Assembly: GCA_038208905.1 (NCBI GenBank)
Contig: JBBQYG010000108.1
Coordinates: forward strand, 1-13,651
Length of the DNA: 13,651 nucleotides
Direction of reading: 5' to 3'
DNA from: Candidatus Sumerlaeia bacterium
GTDB lineage: Bacteria > Sumerlaeota > Sumerlaeia > SLMS01
Shown: positions 1 through 6,233 of the stretch, in pieces
How the letters are laid out: the number at the start of each line of letters is the position of its first letter
How positions within the stretch are numbered: the stretch's first letter is position 1
Position numbers and translations under genes: made by a program
The notes under the pieces: model-generated
The model's database searches: none
The model's input: only the letters and a program-made list of their open reading frames with translations
What the model was told of the DNA's origin: nothing

Positions 1-146
1 TCAACAAGATCGAGGACAACATCCTCTACATCGAGCTCCACGGCGCGTGCAGCGGATGCTCAAGCTCGCTGATGACCCTCAAGATGGGCATCGAGCGCCG
101 CATTGTCGAGGATCTCCCGGAGATTACCTCCGTCGAGATGGTCTGA
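1..146 (+). CDS. NifU C-terminal-domain (NfuA/Nfu-type) Fe-S cluster carrier protein, 3' end only (5' cut by the window edge)
   Basis: Own translation of frame 3 from nt 3: NKIEDNILYIELHGACSGCSSSLMTLKMGIERRIVEDLPEITSVEMV* (TGA 144-146). Contains the Nfu signature GACxGCxSSxxTLKxGIE. Absent from the supplied ORF track because the start is outside the window. Confidence 0.93.
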   Translation, partial: NKIEDNILYIELHGACSGCSSSLMTLKMGIERRIVEDLPEITSVEMV

Positions 147-556
147 CCGCCCGAGCGGGTACCTCCCGCCCTACATCCTTTGGCTGCTCCCACGTCCTCA
201 GCGCTTCCCGTCTGGTGGAAGCTTGAGGCGGGGCGCATCAGCAACCTCTCCGGAAGGGTCCCCATCCGCTATACCGACGCCGACTTGGGCGACGACTGGG
301 AGCCCCGGCTCCAGGTCTACTACGCCGCCGGCGATGCAGCGGTGGGCACTCCCTCGTGGACCGCGCCGCACCTGCTTACGGTTGCCACACGCCAAGCCGC
401 AACGAGTTTGCGATCCGATTCGACGCATCACTGATCCCAACGACGGGGCCCACGGTCGTCAGCTTTTGCGTTGTCGGAGGAGGGTCCGTGGGCCAATCCT
501 TTACCTCACAGGTGGAGCCCGCCATAAAGGTCGCCGCCGGGGAGGCGGGGGGATGA
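147..556 (+). pseudogene. 5'-truncated, frameshifted fragment of a hypothetical (probably extracellular, beta-rich) protein
   Basis: Frame 3 (ORF 180-434, ...VWWKLEAGRISNLSGRVPIRYTDADLGDDWEPRLQVYY...HLLTVA) joins frame 2 (ORF 356-556, TPSRNEFAIRFDASLIPTTGPTVVSFCVVGGG...) at GCCACACGCC near 384-393. No ATG/RBS seen at the 5' end. Its TGA (554-556) overlaps the next ATG (553). Confidence 0.45.
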
Positions 557-1413
557 TGAGGAAACCTGATCGAGACAATCACAGTGCCGAGAATGGCGCG
601 CGCGGGGCGTGGCGTCGCCGCTGCGCTACCAGTGGGCAAGGGTCGGCATGGGCAACGTTGCGGAGGTATGCCTCCCGTCAATTACTCGTGGTCGCTAAGG
701 GTCTATTGATGCCCGCGCTGCCCGCCCCGGTCCCGGCCCAGTACACCATCGACTGCTCGGCGGAGTTCCCGGTCGGGTTACCGTGGATCGAAGGATTAAT
801 GACATTCCCATTAACTTCGCTCAGTTCTGTCAGGTGAAGTTCGACATTCTCCCCCTCTGCCCGACGCCGGTTCCCGAGCCGATTCCCCACGGCATGCGGC
901 CCATTCTTGAGTCAGTTGGAGGGGGCGGCGGTTGGCTCACTCTCGACAACAGCGCGAGCTACAATCCGCCGATTGTCATCCGCAATGCGGGGAACTACCC
1001 GCTCACGATCCACGACATTCAACAGGTGTTTCAAGATGGCTTGGTGGCGATCAAGGTGACCAACCTCCATGCGCTCCGCGACATTCCCCCCGGGGGAGGC
1101 ACGCCGGATCGAGATGGCAGCCTATACGCTTCGGGGGCGTGCCGGTCAGCCGGGCTACAATCTGGCGCTTTTGACCAAGGACCCTGTGATGCCAATCCCG
1201 AGCGACTTCCATTACGAGGGGTTCTTCTACGCCCAAACCGCTAGTGGGATCCCAACCACGGGCACCCTGACCCTGACGCCGACATTGTCACTCAACCCCT
1301 CGCCCACGCCGTCGCCCACCGCGACGCCGGTCCCGACTCCCTGTGCAGACGTGGACGGCAATGGGGTGCTGGATGCGGCGGATCTGGTGTTGCTGCTGCT
1401 CGACCTCGACTAG
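553..1413 (+). pseudogene. Secreted Ig-like (ASH/choice-of-anchor-D-like) protein with Pro/Thr linker and C-terminal dockerin-like Ca-binding motif, interrupted by two compensating frameshifts
   Basis: GGAGG (541-545) lies 7 nt before ATG 553. Frame 1 reads to ...PAPVPAQYTIDCSAEFPVGLPWIEG, a -1 shift near 793 gives frame 3 INDIPINF...IVIRNAGNYPLTIHDI...DIPPG, and a +1 shift in the C6G5 run (1086-1096) returns to frame 1 EARRIEM...LALLTKDP...TPTLSLNPSPTPSPTATPVPTPCADVDGNGVLDAADLVLLLLDLD*. The reconstructed length is 286 aa. Confidence 0.65.
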
Positions 1414-1461
1414 GCGCGCCGAGTTGGTCTAACTAGACCAAGCCGACGCGGCCATCGAGGT
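1403..1461. repeat. Imperfect inverted repeat spanning two convergent stop codons (possible bidirectional hairpin/terminator)
   Basis: Perfect core TTGGTCTA (1424-1431) / TAGACCAA (1434-1441); outer arms ACCTCGA (1403-1409) / TCGAGGT (1455-1461); about 23 of 29 positions match by hand alignment. No U-tract on either side. Confidence 0.45.
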
Positions 1462-2656
1462 AGTCCAGAGCCGTGAACGGCATCGCAGCCAGCAGCGCCG
1501 ACCCTTTCCACAGCACGTCCGCGTCCGGCAGGAACTTCGGATGGTGCAGCGGATAGAACGTCGCGCCAGCGGGGCGGACGCCAAGGAATAGGAAGGCGGA
1601 GGGCTTCTCCCGCGCGAAGTAGGCGAAGTCCTCCGCGCCCATCGATCGGTCGATGGGAACAGCGGCGCCCTCTCCGAATAGAAACGTCATCGTGTCGCGG
1701 GCCGCGTCGATGGCAGCGGCGGCGTTGATCACCGGCGGATAGCTCCAGGACGTAACGACCTCCGCCTCGCAATTCCAGGCGCGCGCCGTGTGCTCGGCGA
1801 TCTCTGTCACGGCGCGGGCGATCTCCGGCGCGCGCGACTCGTTGTAGGTGCGCATCGTCCCGCCAAGCTCCACCTCCTGGGGGATCACGTTGTTCGCGGT
1901 GCCCGCGTGAATCTTCGTGACGGAGATTACTCCGGGCTCAATGGGCGGGAGGCGTCGGCTGACAATCTGCTGCAACGCGAGGATCACGGCGGCGGCGGCG
2001 GGCACCGGATCGATGGCCTCGTGGGGCGCGGCGCCGTGGCCACCGCGCCCACGCACGACGATTCGCATCTCCCCCACCATCGCCATCGCCTCGCCCGTTA
2101 CCACTCCGAAGCGCCCGCTTTCAATGCGGGGCGACACATGAATTCCAAAACACCCGACAACGTCCTTCATAGCGCCCGCCTTCACGAAGTCGATGGCGCC
2201 ACCGGGCGAAACCTCCTCCGCGTGCTGGAACACAAGCCTCACGGAGCACGGAAGATCCTTGATGCGCGGATGAAGGAGCTTGGCCGCGCCGAGCAGCATC
2301 GCCGTGTGCGCGTCGTGTCCGCAGAGGTGTCCAACGCCCGGATTCTCCGACTTGAACGGAATGTCGTTCTCCTCGACGATTGGGAGCGCGTCCATGTCCG
2401 CGCGGAGCAGGATCACACGGTCCGCGTCATTGGGGGAATTGAGCTGCACCGTGAAGCCATGCATTCCCTCCGCGATGGGCGGTCCCGGCGAATAGCCCAT
2501 CGCCTCAAGCTCCCCGCGCACGAACCTGGCCGTGTTGACCTCCTGGAAGCTGAGCTCCGGATTGCGGTGCAGATAGCGGCGCCGCTCGCTGATCCACGGA
2601 AGGATGCTTTTCGCTTCGCTCGCCAGAGCCTGAAGGTCGATGGTCGGCTTGCTCAT
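1433..2656 (-). CDS. M20D family metallo-amidohydrolase (hippurate hydrolase / N-acyl-amino-acid amidohydrolase type), 407 aa
   Basis: Motifs RRYLHRNPELSFQE, RADMDALPI, HLCGHDAH, FQHAEE, GIH, GRGGHGAAPH, GTANNVIP, MGAEDFAYF, HHPKF; the Cys/His/Glu/His/His metal ligands are present. Start placed at ATG 2656 (MSKPTIDL), after GAGG and 7 nt downstream of the kinase stop, rather than at 2740. Confidence 0.95.
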   Translation of the reverse strand: MSKPTIDLQALASEAKSILPWISERRRYLHRNPELSFQEVNTARFVRGELEAMGYSPGPPIAEGMHGFTVQLNSPNDADRVILLRADMDALPIVEENDIPFKSENPGVGHLCGHDAHTAMLLGAAKLLHPRIKDLPCSVRLVFQHAEEVSPGGAIDFVKAGAMKDVVGCFGIHVSPRIESGRFGVVTGEAMAMVGEMRIVVRGRGGHGAAPHEAIDPVPAAAAVILALQQIVSRRLPPIEPGVISVTKIHAGTANNVIPQEVELGGTMRTYNESRAPEIARAVTEIAEHTARAWNCEAEVVTSWSYPPVINAAAAIDAARDTMTFLFGEGAAVPIDRSMGAEDFAYFAREKPSAFLFLGVRPAGATFYPLHHPKFLPDADVLWKGSALLAAMPFTALDYLDGRVGLV

Positions 2657-2663
2657 GACGGCC

Positions 2664-4301
2664 TCACTTGAAGTAGGGTTTCGATGACTGACTGCCGCGC
2701 GGGAGCGGCACCAGCGAAACGAGAGCGTAAAGCAGCGCAAGGACCAGTAGCGTGGAGAACAGGAAAATCAGCCTTCCCGTGAAGACCATGCCCAGCGCGA
2801 AGATGATCGCCACCGCCACCAGCGCCAGCCCGGCGAGCAGGCGCTTGAGGAAGGAGTTGAAGTAGCGCTCCAGCTCGAAGAGATCAGCCTCGTGGATGCG
2901 GACGCGAAGCTGCTCGCGTTCCAGCCGGTGGATAATCACCACCAGTTCCTTCACTGTGGCATAGAGTTCCTGCGCCGTATCCACCACGCGCTCCTTCAGG
3001 GGCTTCTTTCCCTCGAAGGCGATCTCCACCAGCATCCGCTTTACGATTGGCGTCGATTCCTTGATGCCGTTGAAGCGCGGATTGTACTGGAGCGCAACGC
3101 CCTCCACCAGCGACGAAGCGCGGAAGAGATAGACGAGATTGTTGGGGAGCCGCAGGGGGAACTTGTAGAACGTGTCGAGAATCTCCTGCGCGATCTCCTG
3201 CACCTGGCGCGGCGTCACGTCCTGCGTGATCTGAATATCGAGCAGCGTCGTCGCCGCGTCGCGGAGTACCCCGCGGTTGATGTCCGCGTCCACCATGCCG
3301 AGGCGATAGAACCCGTCCACGATGGTGTCCACGTCGCGGCGCACCACCGCATAGACCATCTTCAGGAGTTCCATGCGCGTGGCATCGTCGAACTCCAGCG
3401 CCATTCCGTAGTCGAAGATCACCAGCCGCTTCTGGTCGTCCACGCGCAGGTTTCCCGGATGAGGGTCCGCGTGGATGAAGCCGTGGATGACAGCCATTCG
3501 TATATACGTCTCGACGAGGAGCGAGATGAGGTCCAGCGGATCCACGCCGATCGCGGCGAGCTCCGCGGGGCGGTCGATGCGCGCGCCCTCCACGAACTCG
3601 ATCACCGCAACCTGGCGCGTGCATAGCTTGTCCACGAAACCGGGAATGCGAATGCGCGGATCGTCGCGGAAGTTGTGGCGGAGTTTTGCCGCGTTGCGGC
3701 GCTCGTTGCGGAAGTCCATCTCCAGCTTCATCATCCGCTCGAATTCCGTGATGACGGCGTAGAAGCTGCGGACGAGGTTGTCGTCCACAAAGAGGCTCAT
3801 GAAGTACAGAAGGAAATGCACAGCGCCCAGATCCCACCGCACCAGATCCTCGACGCCGGGGCGGAGCACCTTCACCACCACGGCCCGCCCGCGATAGACG
3901 GCCCGGTGGACTTGGCCGAGGCTGGCTGCGGCCAATGGCTGCGGCGTGAACTCGTCAAAGACCTCCTCCGGCGCCTTGCCAAGGTTGGCCTTGATGATCC
4001 GCGCCACGTCGCGCACCGGGAACGACGGCACCTGATCCTGCAACTTCTTCAGCTCCCGCGTGTATGCGGGCATCAGGATGTCCTCGCGCTGGGCCAAAAC
4101 CTGAGCGCCCTTGATGAAGGACGGCCCCAGCGCGCCGAGTGTCTTTCGCAGTTCCGCCGCGCGGCGGCGATGCTGGGCGCCGTTCAGGCTGCGCGGCCCC
4201 CCGGCAATCAAGTACCCGCGCCAGTCGCGGATAAAGCTGACGATGAACGGCAGGAGCCGAACAGTGACATAGACCGAACGCCAAGCTGAACCTTTAATCA
4301 T
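2664..4301 (-). CDS. ABC1/AarF/UbiB family atypical protein kinase with C-terminal transmembrane helices
   Basis: LGPSFIKGAQVLAQREDI, LQDQVP, PLAAASLGQVH (A-rich loop), VVVKV, EMDFRNE, HADPHPGN, FDYGM, and two hydrophobic C-terminal helices. Start placed at ATG 4301 (MIKGSAW), 7 nt after the upstream stop. Confidence 0.95.
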   Translation of the reverse strand: MIKGSAWRSVYVTVRLLPFIVSFIRDWRGYLIAGGPRSLNGAQHRRRAAELRKTLGALGPSFIKGAQVLAQREDILMPAYTRELKKLQDQVPSFPVRDVARIIKANLGKAPEEVFDEFTPQPLAAASLGQVHRAVYRGRAVVVKVLRPGVEDLVRWDLGAVHFLLYFMSLFVDDNLVRSFYAVITEFERMMKLEMDFRNERRNAAKLRHNFRDDPRIRIPGFVDKLCTRQVAVIEFVEGARIDRPAELAAIGVDPLDLISLLVETYIRMAVIHGFIHADPHPGNLRVDDQKRLVIFDYGMALEFDDATRMELLKMVYAVVRRDVDTIVDGFYRLGMVDADINRGVLRDAATTLLDIQITQDVTPRQVQEIAQEILDTFYKFPLRLPNNLVYLFRASSLVEGVALQYNPRFNGIKESTPIVKRMLVEIAFEGKKPLKERVVDTAQELYATVKELVVIIHRLEREQLRVRIHEADLFELERYFNSFLKRLLAGLALVAVAIIFALGMVFTGRLIFLFSTLLVLALLYALVSLVPLPRGSQSSKPYFK

Positions 4302-4308
4302 GGGTAGA

Positions 4309-4827
4309 TCATCGGGCACCTGCGGACCGGCCCGCAAGCAGGAGCGCTTCCCCCAGCCGCCTGCCCGATGGAATGGCCCTCAGGTAGAACACCAGGCTGG
4401 AGGCGGAGAACGCCCCCAGCAGAAAGATGTCCGCATCCAACAGGAAGAATACGATCCCGGGCGACGCCGCCAGATCGCAGACCATGAACTGCCGGAGCTG
4501 GGCATTGCGCGCGGCTCTCAGGAAGTTGTTCGGGTCGCTCCGGGCCTCTGCAAGGATGCCGTACTGCCGCTGCGTCAGCTTGAGCAGAAGGAGCCAGAGG
4601 AAGGCGACGAAGAGACCCGCTCCAAAGAGCAACACCAGCCGGGGCCCCTCGCCCAGAGGGAGCAGCCCCCGTCCATCGGGAAAGGCCCATTTCCAGACGA
4701 CCATTCCCACCATCATGTAGCCGAGCGGAACCATGATTGCCAGCCGCCAACGCGCATGGAGTCTATCGAGGATAGCCATCAAGGCCTCCTCTGGGGGAAT
4801 GCCGCTGGGGATGGGTGCACGCGCCAT
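4309..4827 (-). CDS. Hypothetical integral membrane protein (about 4 hydrophobic segments), 172 aa
   Basis: 3' part of ORF 4309-5067 from ATG 4827 (MARAPIPSG...), with a purine-rich upstream tract. Hydrophobic segments LAIMVPLGYMMVGMVVW, LVLLFGAGLFVAFLWLLLL, PGIVFFLL, IFLLGAFSASSLVFYL. Lies 7 nt before the kinase start. Confidence 0.75.
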   Translation of the reverse strand: MARAPIPSGIPPEEALMAILDRLHARWRLAIMVPLGYMMVGMVVWKWAFPDGRGLLPLGEGPRLVLLFGAGLFVAFLWLLLLKLTQRQYGILAEARSDPNNFLRAARNAQLRQFMVCDLAASPGIVFFLLDADIFLLGAFSASSLVFYLRAIPSGRRLGEALLLAGRSAGAR

Positions 4828-4883
4828 GATCTGTCCTGTTCCCCTTGTCTTCCTTCCTCGGCCGGGGTGAACATTCCCCCACG

Positions 4884-5543
4884 ATGACCGAGACGGCAAG
4901 CAGACAACTTTCCGCCCCCGTGCGTAACTTCCGCCGCACCCGCGACCTGCTTGCGGTCTATCACCCGATCTGGCGCATTGACTGGTCGGGTGGTAACGAT
5001 CCCGCCACTGGCATTGCGCAAGCCACATCGCCGACTGCCAGGATCGGGCTTGGACCCGATGGCGCACTCGTCATGGCTGCCACCGCTCCTCTCCATCACG
5101 TTGGTTCCCTCGACTCTGGAGTCGGACTTCGCCAGGCAGATTTCCCCGCCGCGCTCTGGCCGTTGCAGGTGGCTATGGCACTCGCATCACGGCTAGATTT
5201 ACTTGGGCTTCGAACCCGGCTCGCATGGCCGTCCACGTTGCTGAGGGATGGCGTCAAGATCGGTAGCGTGCGGTGTGCCATTTCTGGCGGCTGGCTCCGT
5301 GTCCACGCCTCCGTCGAACTACCCGGCGCCATCGACATGATGCCGTCGCTGGTACAGGGCGTCCTCACGGTGATCGAGTCCCCGTGGCGCCGCGACCTGC
5401 TGCTCCGGTACTATAACGAATGGTGCGTCCTCCATGACGAACCCGAGGGCGGCATCATCGCGCTCGACGGAGACTTGCTCTTGATGCGACTCGCCAACGG
5501 CGGCGCAATTCCTCTCGATTCTGGGTGCGCCTACAATGAGTGA
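4884..5543 (+). CDS. Degenerate BirA/biotin-protein-ligase-like (BPL/LplA/LipB fold) protein
   Basis: From ATG 4884. PLQVAMALASRLDLLGLRTRLAWPSTLLRDGVKIGSV aligns by eye with the BirA VKWPNDL...KLAGIL segment, and C-terminal GIIALDGDLLLMRLANGG...DSG resembles the BPL C-terminal SH3-like domain. The GRGRxG loop is absent. Confidence 0.6.
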   Translation: MTETASRQLSAPVRNFRRTRDLLAVYHPIWRIDWSGGNDPATGIAQATSPTARIGLGPDGALVMAATAPLHHVGSLDSGVGLRQADFPAALWPLQVAMALASRLDLLGLRTRLAWPSTLLRDGVKIGSVRCAISGGWLRVHASVELPGAIDMMPSLVQGVLTVIESPWRRDLLLRYYNEWCVLHDEPEGGIIALDGDLLLMRLANGGAIPLDSGCAYNE

Positions 5544-5946
5544 AACAATCGGACCCGCCAACGAAGCCGTGCGCAGGAGTCGCATAAAGCTCATCCTGTG
5601 GTTCGCATTCTTCGTGCTCCTTGGCCTTTCGTTCGTCACGGCGGGATTCCTGATGCGCGACGATCTGTTGGGTCGCGCGGGCAATCTCCTCGTGGAAGTT
5701 AAGAACGAAGCCTCGATAAAGCTCCGGATGGATGTCCACGTCGAGGAGACCTTCGCCACTCTGGAAATGGATCCCGGAGAGAGCGGCGTGCTCCGCTTCC
5801 GCAACCAGAAGGAGGGCGCCGTGCTGTTGCGGCTCTATGAGCGGAATACGCTCTCGGCCACGGGGCTTTCACGGCAGTTTCCACCCGATGCGAATGACAA
5901 GCTGACAGTGCGAATCAAGTCGCCGGTCGAGATAGTGATCGAGTAG
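5536..5946 (+). CDS. Hypothetical single-pass membrane-anchored protein, 136 aa
   Basis: Basic patch RRSRIK followed by the hydrophobic helix LILWFAFFVLLGLSFVTAGFLM and a small beta-rich domain. Overlaps the upstream gene by 8 nt. Confidence 0.8.
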   Translation: MSETIGPANEAVRRSRIKLILWFAFFVLLGLSFVTAGFLMRDDLLGRAGNLLVEVKNEASIKLRMDVHVEETFATLEMDPGESGVLRFRNQKEGAVLLRLYERNTLSATGLSRQFPPDANDKLTVRIKSPVEIVIE

Positions 5947-6225
5947 CCATCCACGGCACAAACTGCAATGCACAGGGAGGCACCCAACGAATTCGCCCGG
6001 GACCAAGGTCGGCATCACAACATTTGGCGACGCCGAAGACGAGAAGCTGGCTGCTGGCGTCCAAGACAATGCGCCCCACGCCTTCCACAGGTTCGATTGC
6101 CCGCCCCAGACTTTTATCGTCGGCTTTTTCTGCAACCATATCCACGGAACCTCCGGCGACTGGGTGGAGGAGTTGCGTTTTTTCTGCCTGCCGCGGGTGT
6201 GGAATTCGTGCTGCTGGAAGCATAG
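5947..6225 (+). pseudogene. Start-less gene remnant with a Cys-containing beta-prism/lectin-like repeat
   Basis: Frame 2 is open from 5939 with no ATG: KLQCTG...TTFGDAEDEK...HRFDCPPQTFIVGFFCNHIHGTSGDWVEELRFFCLP. This resembles the CP-x(3-4)-hhG...G-x-SG-x-x-h-(D/E)-x-h-x-h-x-C repeat of bacterial jacalin-like proteins. Both ends are uncertain. Confidence 0.35.
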
Positions 6226-6233
6226 CGTGGCAT

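Noticed and set aside
144..434. TGA readthrough or selenocysteine extension of the Nfu gene (frame 3 stays open to 434)
   Set aside because: The Nfu domain ends at its normal C-terminus (...ITSVEMV), the TGA is not at a Cys position, and no SECIS-like hairpin was recognised.
103..837. 244-aa frame-1 ORF as a single gene
   Set aside because: The 5' part overlaps nfu and is R/P/S-rich off-frame sequence; only the part from ATG 553 has an RBS and protein-like content.
1790..2671. 293-aa plus-strand ORF
   Set aside because: Antisense shadow of the M20 gene, expected from high-GC codon bias; no motifs.
2884..4289. ORFs 2884-3837(-), 2892-3626(+) and 3675-4289(+)
   Set aside because: Off-frame or antisense shadows of the ABC1 kinase.
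4828..5067. N-terminal extension of the membrane protein to 5067
   Set aside because: Overlaps the divergent BirA-like gene and has non-protein-like composition.
5968..6225. 85-aa frame-1 ORF (MHREAP...) and the frame-3 ORF starting at 6024 as real genes
   Set aside because: Arg-rich or featureless with no RBS; frame 2 gives the more protein-like translation of this region.
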